A stretch of DNA of 64,000 nt from an uncultured Erysipelotrichaceae bacterium (GTDB taxonomy: Bacteria; Bacillota_I; Bacilli_A; RF39; UBA660): positions 2,318 to 66,317 of the forward strand of contig CADBKG010000002.1 of assembly GCA_902795215.1 (NCBI GenBank). Reading direction: 5' to 3'. Below are positions 47,951-57,182 of the stretch, one piece after another. A model generated the notes under the pieces. It was not told the DNA's origin and ran no database searches. It saw nothing but the letters and a program-made list of their open reading frames with translations. The translations under genes were made by a program, and so were the position numbers. The first letter of the stretch is position 1. Every line of letters begins with the position of its first letter.

Positions 47951-48592
47951 ATGTCTAATCAAAAAAAAGCTAGTTATATTAATTTTTTGATTTTTTTATT
48001 AGTAGTAATCGCTACTATATGGATGCTTACTAGCATTTCGGGTCCACTATCGGATAATAGTCCTCGTATGTTAAAGTTTTTTACAGTAGATTCTAATATA
48101 CTTGTGGGAATTATAGCTTTAATCGTTGGATTAAATGAAAGATTAAAAAATGAAATATCTAAAAGTATGTATATTTTAAAATTGGTTGGGACATCTTCTG
48201 TTGCATTAACTATGTTAGTGACTGTTTTTTACTTAACTCCAACTACCACTAGCATATACGGGATACTTGGAATGTACCATAAAAGTAATTTTCTATACCA
48301 TCTAGCAATTCCTATTTTAAGTATTTTAGTCTTTATACTTTATGAAAGAACTAATAAAATAAAACCAAAGGAAATATTTTGGGGACTGGTTCCCATCAGT
48401 ATATATTCTATATATTATGTATATGAAACATTAACGCATATAAATAATGGTGTAATACAAAAAGGGTATGATTGGTATGGATTTTTCATTTTTGGAGTGA
48501 GAAGTGTCATAATTGTTTTACCAATAATACTTATAATATCTTATATAATTAATTATGTTTTATGGAAAATAAATAAAAGAAAGGAAAAATAA
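47951..48592 (+). CDS. integral membrane protein (Pr6Pr-like)
   Basis: FFTVDSN, LYHLAIP, YGFF; 5-6 TM segments. Confidence 0.6.
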   Translation: MSNQKKASYINFLIFLLVVIATIWMLTSISGPLSDNSPRMLKFFTVDSNILVGIIALIVGLNERLKNEISKSMYILKLVGTSSVALTMLVTVFYLTPTTTSIYGILGMYHKSNFLYHLAIPILSILVFILYERTNKIKPKEIFWGLVPISIYSIYYVYETLTHINNGVIQKGYDWYGFFIFGVRSVIIVLPIILIISYIINYVLWKINKRKEK

Positions 48593-48593
48593 T

Positions 48594-49100
48594 ATGGAAT
48601 TTAATGAAGTTATTATAAAAAGAACTGCCACTAGAAAATTTAGCGACAAAAAAGTAGAAGAAAACAAATTGAATAATGTGTTAGAAGCAGGAAGAATAGC
48701 ACCAACAGCTAAAAATATTCAACCTATAAAAATATATGTAATAAATAGCGATGAAGGAATTAAGAAACTTGATGAAGCTACACCTTGCAGATATGGTGCA
48801 AATACAGTTCTTCTTGTATGTGGCGATACAGAACTTGCATATAAAAAAGGAGATTATTCTACATATGAAATGGATGCTTGTATAGTAGCAACTCATTTAA
48901 TGCTCGCAGCAACTAATGAAGGACTAGATAATATATGGGTAGAAATGTTTGATGAAAATGTTATAAGAGACAAGTATAATATTCCAAGTAACTTAAAGCC
49001 AATATGCTTGTTACCTATTGGATATAAAACTGATGATTGTCCTTTAAATCCATTACATAATAAAAGAAAAGAACTAAGTGAAATTATAGAACGTATTTAG
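48594..49100 (+). CDS. nitroreductase family protein
   Basis: RTATRKF, APTAKNIQP, LMLAATNEGL, LLPIGY. Confidence 0.9.
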   Translation: MEFNEVIIKRTATRKFSDKKVEENKLNNVLEAGRIAPTAKNIQPIKIYVINSDEGIKKLDEATPCRYGANTVLLVCGDTELAYKKGDYSTYEMDACIVATHLMLAATNEGLDNIWVEMFDENVIRDKYNIPSNLKPICLLPIGYKTDDCPLNPLHNKRKELSEIIERI

Positions 49101-49161
49101 TTCTTTTTCCTTTACAACAATAAATCTTTTCTTTATAATAATTCTCTAAGGCGAGGTTATT

Positions 49162-49761
49162 ATGGAAATTATAAGAGAAAAAAACAAATATTATGATGAT
49201 ACATATGACTATATATTAATACAAGATAACAAAAAATTATATATAGATCATCCAGGAGTAGGAGATACATATTGGCTAATGTCTGATGGAACACGAATTG
49301 GTTACAAAGAAGAAAAAGAGATAACTTTTGAAATAACCAAGGATAATGAAGAAGTTTATAGTTTGTTTGAAGATCTATATATGGAAGTTGTGAATGGAAG
49401 ACCCTTTGGAATGGATGAAGACTTTAAAGACACATACGAATACCATATATTAGTAGATGAAGACAAAAATATAAATTGGATTTCTGATAATGGTCCTGAA
49501 GAAGGGGAAGATAGAGTTATAATCTCAATGCAGGATGATAAAATCGTTTTAAAGTTTGTAAGAAACGATATAATAAACATGTATGAATTTAAATCTAGTG
49601 AGTATATTTCAGTAAGATTTAGAAATGATGGTTCTAGATATGGTTATTTTCATACATCATTTCAAAATTTATATAACCGAATTCAAGGAATTGATCCAGA
49701 ATACTATCAATACAATAAAAAAAATGAATATATAAAAAAGAAAGAAAAAGTGAAAAAGTGA
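49162..49761 (+). CDS. hypothetical protein
   Basis: ORF with SD GAGG and upstream TATAAT; VRFRNDGSRY; no family recognised. Confidence 0.65.
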   Translation: MEIIREKNKYYDDTYDYILIQDNKKLYIDHPGVGDTYWLMSDGTRIGYKEEKEITFEITKDNEEVYSLFEDLYMEVVNGRPFGMDEDFKDTYEYHILVDEDKNINWISDNGPEEGEDRVIISMQDDKIVLKFVRNDIINMYEFKSSEYISVRFRNDGSRYGYFHTSFQNLYNRIQGIDPEYYQYNKKNEYIKKKEKVKK

Positions 49762-50231
49762 AAATAGAAAAATTTAAATTAACAAAAGATAATTTGCTAA
49801 AAGTTATAAATCTTGATAAAACATTTTATCATGATAAGGAACTAACAGAATCTTGGTATTTTGAAAGATTTAAAAGTTCTTATGAAGGAATTGGGTTATT
49901 TGACAATGATAATTTAGTTGGATATTTAATTACTAGCCCAATAAACAAAGAGTTATACGATGAAATTAAATCAGGAAAATATGACAATGATATTAAATTT
50001 GATCCAAAATTTTATGAAGTTGAATCGGAATACTATTATATAAATTCTATTCTAATATTAGAACCTTATAGAAATAAAGGCTATGGTTTGCAAATGATAA
50101 AGAAACTTAATCCAAATAAAAATTATATAGCAATTATAGTTTCTAAAGAAGGTTATTATCTAGCTTCTTCATATATGAATGAAGTATTAAAAATTAATGA
50201 TAGTACTTTTATATTTACAAAAGAAAAATAA
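49758..50231 (+). CDS. GNAT family acetyltransferase-like protein
   Basis: YYYINSILILEPYRNKGYG. Confidence 0.7.
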   Translation: MKIEKFKLTKDNLLKVINLDKTFYHDKELTESWYFERFKSSYEGIGLFDNDNLVGYLITSPINKELYDEIKSGKYDNDIKFDPKFYEVESEYYYINSILILEPYRNKGYGLQMIKKLNPNKNYIAIIVSKEGYYLASSYMNEVLKINDSTFIFTKEK

Positions 50232-50246
50232 AATGAAATGTTTTCT

Positions 50247-50275
50247 TTGACATTGAATATTCTATTTGCTATAAT
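50247..50275 (+). promoter_or_regulatory. sigmaA promoter of rpsF-ssb-rpsR
   Basis: TTGACA-17-TATAAT (TG-extended). Confidence 0.85.
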
Positions 50276-50292
50276 ACTTTCGGGATTGAAAA

Positions 50293-50340
50293 TCTCTTTG
50301 TTTTAGTTATGCTAAAACCGAAATGACCAAAAGGAGGTGC
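50293..50340 (+). promoter_or_regulatory. S6:S18 autoregulatory leader (probable)
   Basis: CTCTTTG pairs with CAAAAGGAG over the SD, with an internal CCG motif. Confidence 0.55.
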
Positions 50341-50343
50341 GAT

Positions 50344-50634
50344 ATGAGAAAATATGAATTAATGTTTATCGTAAAAACCACTATGGAAAGTGATGGAGCT
50401 AGTAAATTAGCTAAATCTTATGAAAAGATTATCACTGATAGCAAAGGTAAAATCGAAAGTTCTAAAGACATGGGGCAAAGAAAACTTGCTTATCCAATTA
50501 ATAAAGAAATTAATGGATTTTACTATGTAGTTGATTTTTCTGCTAGTCAAGAAACAGTAGCTGAATTAAACAGACGTTTTAGATTAGATGAAAATATTGT
50601 TAGACACATGATCATTAGATTAGATGAAGAGTAG
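50344..50634 (+). CDS. rpsF: 30S ribosomal protein S6
   Basis: [25 protein letters not shown]. Confidence 0.97.
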   Translation: MRKYELMFIVKTTMESDGASKLAKSYEKIITDSKGKIESSKDMGQRKLAYPINKEINGFYYVVDFSASQETVAELNRRFRLDENIVRHMIIRLDEE

Positions 50635-50642
50635 GAGATATT

Positions 50643-51137
50643 ATGAATAGAACAATTTTAGTAGGTAGGTTAACACAAGACCCAGAACTTAGAACAACAC
50701 CAAATGGAATAGCTACAACTCGTATTACTGTAGCAGTTGATAGAATACCAAATGCTAATGGCGAAAGAGTTGCTGATTTTATAAACGTTGTTGTATGGAG
50801 AAGACAAGCTGAAAACGTTGCAAAATATTGTACAAAAGGATCACTTGTTGGAGTAGATGGAAGAATCCAATCTAGAAGCTATGATGCTCAAGATGGAACT
50901 AGAAGATACGTTACAGAAGTAGTCGCTGAAAACATTAGATTCTTAGGATCTAGAAGTTCTTCAGCAGGAACTAGCGCTGCAATGGAACCTAGTGAACCAA
51001 GTGTTCAAGCTCCAGCAGTTGATGATGTACCATTCCCAGAAGGGGAACCAGTAGGTGCAGGCGCAGACGTAAGCGAAGATCCATTCAAAGATTTTGGTTC
51101 TGAAGTTGTCTTAAGTGACGATGACTTACCATTTTAA
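50643..51137 (+). CDS. ssb: single-stranded DNA-binding protein
   Basis: [22 protein letters not shown]-terminal DDDLPF. Confidence 0.97.
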   Translation: MNRTILVGRLTQDPELRTTPNGIATTRITVAVDRIPNANGERVADFINVVVWRRQAENVAKYCTKGSLVGVDGRIQSRSYDAQDGTRRYVTEVVAENIRFLGSRSSSAGTSAAMEPSEPSVQAPAVDDVPFPEGEPVGAGADVSEDPFKDFGSEVVLSDDDLPF

Positions 51138-51151
51138 GAAGGGAGATAAAA

Positions 51152-51367
51152 ATGGCTGAATTTTATAGAAAAAAGAAAAAAATATGTCAAATGTGCGCAG
51201 GCAAAGATGTTGATTATAAAGATACAATGATTATTTCTAAATATATTAATGATAAAGGAAAAATCATGCCTAGAAGAATGACTGGTGCATGTGCTAAACA
51301 TCAAAGACATATTGCTCAACAAGTTAAAAGAGCAAGATTTATGGCTTTAATACCATTTGTTAAATAA
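51152..51367 (+). CDS. rpsR: 30S ribosomal protein S18 (Cys-containing form)
   Basis: CQMC, VDYKD, GKIMPRRMTGACAKHQR. Confidence 0.97.
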   Translation: MAEFYRKKKKICQMCAGKDVDYKDTMIISKYINDKGKIMPRRMTGACAKHQRHIAQQVKRARFMALIPFVK

Positions 51368-51439
51368 GGAAATACTTTAATAGTATTTCTTTTTTTGTTT
51401 GCATTTGGTATAATATATTTACTTATTGGAGGTGAACTT

Positions 51440-51877
51440 ATGAAAGTTATATTATTGCAAGATGTTAAGAAACAAGGAAAGAAAGATGATATAATAGAGG
51501 TTAGTGATGGATACGCTACAAACTTTCTTTTTAAAAATAAACTTGCAGTCCCATATACTAAAACAAGTAATAAAATATTAAAAAATGAAATCGATACTAG
51601 AAATAAAGAAGAAAAGGAACTTATTAGAGAGTGCGAAGAAATAAAAAAGAAACTAGAGAAAGAAAAGTTTTCTTTTAAAGTAAATTCTGGAAAAGATGGT
51701 AAAATCTTTGGTACAATATCTAATAAACAAATTAGTGAAGAATTAAATAAAAAAGGATATAAAGTAGATAAGAAAAAAGTAGATATTCCTGTTAAAATAG
51801 ATAGTTTAGGAACTTATAATATAAATATTAATTTACATAAAAAGGTGGTTGCAAAAATTAGAATTGAGATTTGTTAG
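51440..51877 (+). CDS. rplI: 50S ribosomal protein L9
   Basis: MKVILLQDVKKQGK, VSDGYATNFL, GKIFGTI. Confidence 0.96.
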   Translation: MKVILLQDVKKQGKKDDIIEVSDGYATNFLFKNKLAVPYTKTSNKILKNEIDTRNKEEKELIRECEEIKKKLEKEKFSFKVNSGKDGKIFGTISNKQISEELNKKGYKVDKKKVDIPVKIDSLGTYNININLHKKVVAKIRIEIC

Positions 51878-51888
51878 GAAGTGAAAAA

Positions 51889-53256
51889 ATGCCCGCAAGG
51901 AAAATGCCTCAAAATTTAGATGCTGAAATGTCAGTCCTTAGTGCTTGTATGCTTATGCCAAGTGCGGCAGATAAAGTGTGCGAAGAAATGAATAAAGATA
52001 TGTTTTTTAGTGAGCCTAACAAGAAAATATTCGAAGCAATTTATAATTTACACGAAACAAAAAGACCTATAGATATTACTACTCTAACAGATGAACTTGA
52101 AAAAAGTAATAATTTGGTTCTTATCGGTGGTCTTGAATATTTAACAGAAGTTGTGGATGCAATGGTAAGTGCAGCAAATTTGGATTATTACATTAAAATC
52201 GTACAAGAAAAATATTTAAGAAGAAGACTTATCGAAGTTGCAACAGATATTACTACAAAAGCATATGAAGAAGATAGTGATACAAATGAAGTAGTGGATA
52301 ATGCTGAAAAAGAAATTTTTACAGTTACTAAAGAAAGAAAAGCAGGAGAATTTAAATCAATAAGTGAGGTATTAAGAGAAACACAAGCGCGTCTTGAATA
52401 CCTAGCCCAAAATGGATCAGCTATAACTGGATTACCAACAGGATTTACTGATTTTGATTTAATGACAAGTGGTCTTCATGAAAATGAACTTATAATTATA
52501 GCTGCTCGTCCTGCTATGGGAAAAACTGCTTTTGCGTTAAACTTAGCAGTTAATGCTGCATTATCTACAACCAAAGCAGTTGCAATATTCAATATGGAAA
52601 TGGGAGCCGAACAACTTGCACAGCGTATGATCGGTGCTGCTGGTGGTATTGACATGAATAAATTAAAAACTGGAAAGCTTGAAGATAAAGACTGGCAAAA
52701 AGTTAATGAAGCAATGAGTGAACTTGGAGAGACTAATCTTTATATTGAAGATACTTCTGGTATAACAGTGGGAGATATTAGAGCTAAATGTAGAAGACTT
52801 GCTAACTCTGAAAAAGGACTGGCACTAGTTGTAATTGACTACTTACAGCTTATTCAGGGTGGTAATAGATATGCAGGTAATAGACAGCAAGAAGTATCCG
52901 AAATATCTAGATCACTAAAAACCATGGCTTTAGAGTTAAAAATACCAGTTATAGCACTAGCACAGTTATCACGTGGTGTAGAACTTAGAGAAGATAAAAG
53001 ACCTATGATGAGTGACCTTCGTGAATCTGGTTCTATAGAACAGGATGCCGATATTGTTGCGTTTTTATACCGAGATGATTACTACAATCCTGATAAAAAG
53101 AATCTAAGTGGCAATACTTCGGTCACAGAACTTATTGTAGGAAAACATCGTAGTGGTAATACAGGTACAATAGAATTATTATTTGAAAAAAATATTTCTA
53201 ACTTTAGAAATTATATTAAAAGGGATGATGAAAAAAGTGAAGAAACAAAAGATTAA
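51889..53256 (+). CDS. dnaB: replicative DNA helicase (DnaB; Bacillus DnaC)
   Basis: AARPAMGKT, VIDYLQL, LSDLRESGSIEQDAD-type motif. Confidence 0.97.
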   Translation: MPARKMPQNLDAEMSVLSACMLMPSAADKVCEEMNKDMFFSEPNKKIFEAIYNLHETKRPIDITTLTDELEKSNNLVLIGGLEYLTEVVDAMVSAANLDYYIKIVQEKYLRRRLIEVATDITTKAYEEDSDTNEVVDNAEKEIFTVTKERKAGEFKSISEVLRETQARLEYLAQNGSAITGLPTGFTDFDLMTSGLHENELIIIAARPAMGKTAFALNLAVNAALSTTKAVAIFNMEMGAEQLAQRMIGAAGGIDMNKLKTGKLEDKDWQKVNEAMSELGETNLYIEDTSGITVGDIRAKCRRLANSEKGLALVVIDYLQLIQGGNRYAGNRQQEVSEISRSLKTMALELKIPVIALAQLSRGVELREDKRPMMSDLRESGSIEQDADIVAFLYRDDYYNPDKKNLSGNTSVTELIVGKHRSGNTGTIELLFEKNISNFRNYIKRDDEKSEETKD

Positions 53257-54715
53257 TATATTATTAATAATATTATTATTGATAACTACTTTTTTAAACA
53301 CGGGCTTTAAAAAAATTAGTTTAGAACCTAAAAAATTATATATGGTATATCTTGAAGGAGAAAAACTTGGTTTAATCGAAGATAAACAAGCATTACTTGA
53401 TTTAATAGATAAAAACCAAGAAAAAATAAAAAAACAATTTAATATTGACAAAGTATATCCACCAGAAGGATTAGAAATCAATTCGTATTTATCATATAAT
53501 ACAAATGTTAAAACAGCTGAAGAAATATATAAAAAGATAGATAAGAAAAGTGATTTTACAATTAAAGGATATGTTATAACAATTACACCTGAAAAAGGTG
53601 ATGTCAAAAAGATTAATGTTCTTGATAAAAAAATTGTTGATGATGCATTAAAAAGTGCTGTTGAAGCTTTTATTCCAAAAGATAAATTAAATGCTTATAT
53701 CAATGATACACAGGCAGAAGTAAAAGAAACTGGAAAAACAATAGAAAATATTTATTTTAAAGAAAAAATAACTATTAAAGAAGACTATATAAACGCTACT
53801 GATTTAATATTAACTAATCAAGATGATTTATCAAAATATTTATTATTTGGTACACTTGAAAAGCAATCTTCTTATGAAGTAAAGGATGGGGACACAGTTG
53901 AAACCGTTGCATATAATAATCACTTATCTACAGAGGAACTTTTAATTGCAAATCCTAAATTGACGAGTACTAATTCGCTTCTTAGTGAAGGCCAAATATT
54001 AAATATTGGGCTTATTAATCCAATGTTCACAGTTGTAGAGGAAAGTGAAGTAATTGAAAATATTGAAACGAATTTTGATACTAAGTATGTAGAAGATTCA
54101 TCTCTTGGAGTTAATCAATCTTATGTAAAACAAGAAGGGCAAAAAGGATTAAATAGAGTTACTGAAAAAGTTCAATATCAAAATGGTGAAATAAAAAATC
54201 TTGTAGTAAGTAATAAACAAGAAATAACAAAACCAATTGATAAAATAATAGTTAACTCTACTCCTACATCAACACTTGGTTGGGGATGGCCAACAATTAG
54301 TCCATATATTGTAAATAGTAGATTTGGTTATAGATGGGGTAGATTACATGCCGGTATCGATATTACAGGTTGTGGTTTTGGTTCACCAATATTCTCTGCG
54401 ACAAGTGGTGTAGTATCTCAAGTAGTATCAGGATGTGCTGATAATGGTACATACGGAAGTTCTTGCGGTAGTGGATATGGAAATCACGTAGTTGTAAGAG
54501 CTAATAATGGATACTATGTTACATATGCTCACTTAAAAGGAAATATTGCAGTATCTACAGGCCAAGTTGTTGGTCAAGGAACTATTGTTGGATATATGGG
54601 TAATAGTGGTTCATCAACAGGAACTCACTTACACTTCCAAATAAATACTACTGGTGGCCAAATATGGGATAGATCAACTGCTGTTGACCCATGTAAGGTG
54701 GCATTCTCATGTTAG
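53225..54715 (+). CDS. peptidoglycan endopeptidase: LysM + G5 + M23 domains
   Basis: N-terminal TM; LysM (YEVKDGDTVETVA); G5 (VKQEGQKG); M23 (HAGIDI, YAHL, STGTHLHF). Confidence 0.9.
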   Translation: MMKKVKKQKINILLIILLLITTFLNTGFKKISLEPKKLYMVYLEGEKLGLIEDKQALLDLIDKNQEKIKKQFNIDKVYPPEGLEINSYLSYNTNVKTAEEIYKKIDKKSDFTIKGYVITITPEKGDVKKINVLDKKIVDDALKSAVEAFIPKDKLNAYINDTQAEVKETGKTIENIYFKEKITIKEDYINATDLILTNQDDLSKYLLFGTLEKQSSYEVKDGDTVETVAYNNHLSTEELLIANPKLTSTNSLLSEGQILNIGLINPMFTVVEESEVIENIETNFDTKYVEDSSLGVNQSYVKQEGQKGLNRVTEKVQYQNGEIKNLVVSNKQEITKPIDKIIVNSTPTSTLGWGWPTISPYIVNSRFGYRWGRLHAGIDITGCGFGSPIFSATSGVVSQVVSGCADNGTYGSSCGSGYGNHVVVRANNGYYVTYAHLKGNIAVSTGQVVGQGTIVGYMGNSGSSTGTHLHFQINTTGGQIWDRSTAVDPCKVAFSC

Positions 54716-55473
54716 TTAGTGTGCTAGCAAGTGGATCAGAAGGAAATTCATGTTATGTAGAAACAAAAGATGCCAAGATTCTTATTGATCTTGGCATGAC
54801 TACTAAATACATAAAAGAAAATTTAGATAATTTGGGTGTAGATATAAAAGATATAGATTATGTCTTTATGACACATACTCATAAAGATCATATCGGTGCA
54901 ATACCAACTTTTATAAAAAAATATAATCCTTATATTGTATTGTCTCAAAAGATGCTTGATACATTAGAAGAATTGAAGGACTATGACAAAAATATATTAC
55001 TTGAAAAAGAAATTAAGATTGGAAATACTATAGTTGATAATATAAAATTAAGTCATGATTCTAGCGATATTAGAGGATATATAATTGAAGATGGTAATTC
55101 TTCTCTTGTATACATAACCGATACTGGGTATATTAATCAAAAATATTTTAAAAAATTATATAATAAAAACATTTATGTGTTAGAAGCTAATCACGATGTT
55201 GAAATGCTTATGAATGGTAAATATCCAAAGTTTTTAAAATCAAGAATACTTAGTGATAAAGGGCATTTATCTAATAGTGCTTCAGGATTTTATTTATCAA
55301 AATTTATTGGGCCTAAAACTGAAAAAGTTATTCTAGCGCATTTAAGCAAAGAGAATAATGATAAAGATATAGCACTTGAAACAATTAGAAATACACTTAA
55401 AGAATATGATATCAACTTTGATTCGTTTGACGTTGCTAAACAAAGAGAAACTACGGAGATTATAAAAATATGA
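54709..55473 (+). CDS. yycJ: metallo-beta-lactamase YycJ/WalJ family
   Basis: LASGSEGN, THTHKDH, DTGY, GHLSN, AHLSKENN. Confidence 0.9.
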   Translation: MLVSVLASGSEGNSCYVETKDAKILIDLGMTTKYIKENLDNLGVDIKDIDYVFMTHTHKDHIGAIPTFIKKYNPYIVLSQKMLDTLEELKDYDKNILLEKEIKIGNTIVDNIKLSHDSSDIRGYIIEDGNSSLVYITDTGYINQKYFKKLYNKNIYVLEANHDVEMLMNGKYPKFLKSRILSDKGHLSNSASGFYLSKFIGPKTEKVILAHLSKENNDKDIALETIRNTLKEYDINFDSFDVAKQRETTEIIKI

Positions 55474-55907
55474 TTAAGGTAATATGTATAGGCAAAATAA
55501 AAGAAAAGTATTTAGAAGAGTTAATAGAAGATTATAAAAAAAGAATAGAAAAGTATACTAAGTTTGAAATAATTGAACTTAAAGAAGGTAAAAGTTTAAA
55601 AGAAGAAGCCGATAATATTCTATCAAGAATAACTTCAAAAGATTATGTTATTGCTTGTGATATAAATGGTAAAACATTAGATAGTTTATCACTTGCAGAG
55701 AATATAGAAAAAGCATTTATTTCTTATAGTAACGTTGTTTTTATAATTGGCAGTTCTGAAGGACTAGATGAAAGGGTACTAGAAAAAGCTAATTTAAAAC
55801 TTTCTTTTTCTAAATTTACAATGCCTCATGGGTTATTTAGAGGTGTGCTTTTAGAACAAATATATAGAAGTTTAAAAATAAATAATAATGAAACATATCA
55901 TAAGTAG
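55470..55907 (+). CDS. rlmH: 23S rRNA pseudouridine-1915 N3-methyltransferase
   Basis: IGKIKEKY, FIIGSSEG, FTMPHGL, EQIYR, ETYHK. Confidence 0.95.
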   Translation: MIKVICIGKIKEKYLEELIEDYKKRIEKYTKFEIIELKEGKSLKEEADNILSRITSKDYVIACDINGKTLDSLSLAENIEKAFISYSNVVFIIGSSEGLDERVLEKANLKLSFSKFTMPHGLFRGVLLEQIYRSLKINNNETYHK

Positions 55908-55915
55908 GTGAGTAT

Positions 55916-56584
55916 ATGGAATTATTTCATAATGATTGGGATAGCGTTTTAGAAGATGTTACCAAAACAAAAGAATTTTATAATACTATGGTAATGGTAA
56001 AAAAAGAATATCAAACTAAAACAATATTTCCACCAAAGGAACATATATTTGAAGCATTAAAGCTAACTTCATATAAAGATACTAAAGTAGTAATAGTAGG
56101 ACAAGATCCATATCATGGAGTAGGAGAAGCACATGGACTATCTTTTTCGGTAAGAAAAGGAATTAGAGTTCCACCATCACTTCAAAATATATATAAAGAA
56201 ATATATGATGATCTAGGAATTGTGGAACCAAAAACTAATGGTGATCTAACTAAATGGGCAAAAGAAGGGGTTCTTTTATTAAATGCTATTTTATCTGTTG
56301 AAAAAGATAAAGCAGGAAGTCATTCTAATATGGGATGGGAATTTTTTACTGATAGTATAATTAAAAAACTTAATGAAAAAGAAACACCAATAGTATTTAT
56401 ATTGTGGGGATCATTTGCAAGAAGCAAAAAGTTTTATATAACTAATAAAAAACATCTAATAATAGAATCAACACATCCATCCCCATTTAGCGCACGAAAT
56501 GGCTTCTTTGGTTCAAAACCATTTTCAAAAGCGAATGATTTTTTAATAAAAAATGGAGAAAAACCAATTGACTGGCAACTGTAA
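55916..56584 (+). CDS. ung: uracil-DNA glycosylase (family 1)
   Basis: GQDPYHG, PPSLQNI, LWG, HPSPFSA. Confidence 0.97.
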   Translation: MELFHNDWDSVLEDVTKTKEFYNTMVMVKKEYQTKTIFPPKEHIFEALKLTSYKDTKVVIVGQDPYHGVGEAHGLSFSVRKGIRVPPSLQNIYKEIYDDLGIVEPKTNGDLTKWAKEGVLLLNAILSVEKDKAGSHSNMGWEFFTDSIIKKLNEKETPIVFILWGSFARSKKFYITNKKHLIIESTHPSPFSARNGFFGSKPFSKANDFLIKNGEKPIDWQL

Positions 56585-56608
56585 AAGTTGCTTTTTTTTG
56601 TATAAAAA

Positions 56609-56638
56609 AATGTTGATAACCAAATAGTTATCAACATT
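56609..56638 (-). terminator. terminator of the lemA operon; both arms are variant DnaA boxes
   Basis: AATGTTGATAAC-caaata-GTTATCAACATT with an A-tract on the left (T-tract on the minus strand). Confidence 0.7.
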
Positions 56639-57182
56639 AATATTTAAAATCTAATAAATCTTTATCATGGAGATTTTTACCATCAAAATAATCTCTTTCT
56701 TCAATTTTATGTATCCTTGCAATTATATTTGATGGAAACTTCTTGACTATCATATTTAATTCTGTAGTGAATTTGTTGTAATAAGCTTTGGATGCCTCAT
56801 TCTTTTCTTCATTAATTTTTAAATCTGTCATTAGTTTTCTGAATTCTTCTTTTTCAAGCTCAACAGGATAATCTTGCCAAATTTTATTAAAAGTACTAGT
56901 TACTTTGGTGAGTTTTCTATCAAAATCAAAACTACTTACTTTAATTTTTTCTTTATCAAAATCCTTGAAGTTTTCTTGAGTAACTTTCGTATTATCATTA
57001 ATGATATCTTCCAAGTCTCTTAATATATCATATCTTTTTCTTAATGTTTCATCTATTTCTGATTCAGCTTCATTAACTCTAATAATATTTTTTTGTAATT
57101 TATTATAAAGATGTATATATATACCTGCTAGAATAGCTAGTATTGCAATTATAATAAAAATTACTATAACAATTACTTTCAT
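56637..57182 (-). CDS. LemA family protein
   Basis: N-terminal TM, IDETLRKRYD, YYNKFTTELN...FPSNIIA. Confidence 0.85.
   Translation of the reverse strand: MKVIVIVIFIIIAILAILAGIYIHLYNKLQKNIIRVNEAESEIDETLRKRYDILRDLEDIINDNTKVTQENFKDFDKEKIKVSSFDFDRKLTKVTSTFNKIWQDYPVELEKEEFRKLMTDLKINEEKNEASKAYYNKFTTELNMIVKKFPSNIIARIHKIEERDYFDGKNLHDKDLLDFKY

Noticed and set aside
40770-50340. ICE/IME integrated at the rpsI 3' end
   Set aside because: No integrase, relaxase or conjugation genes, and no direct repeat of the rpsI end found by eye
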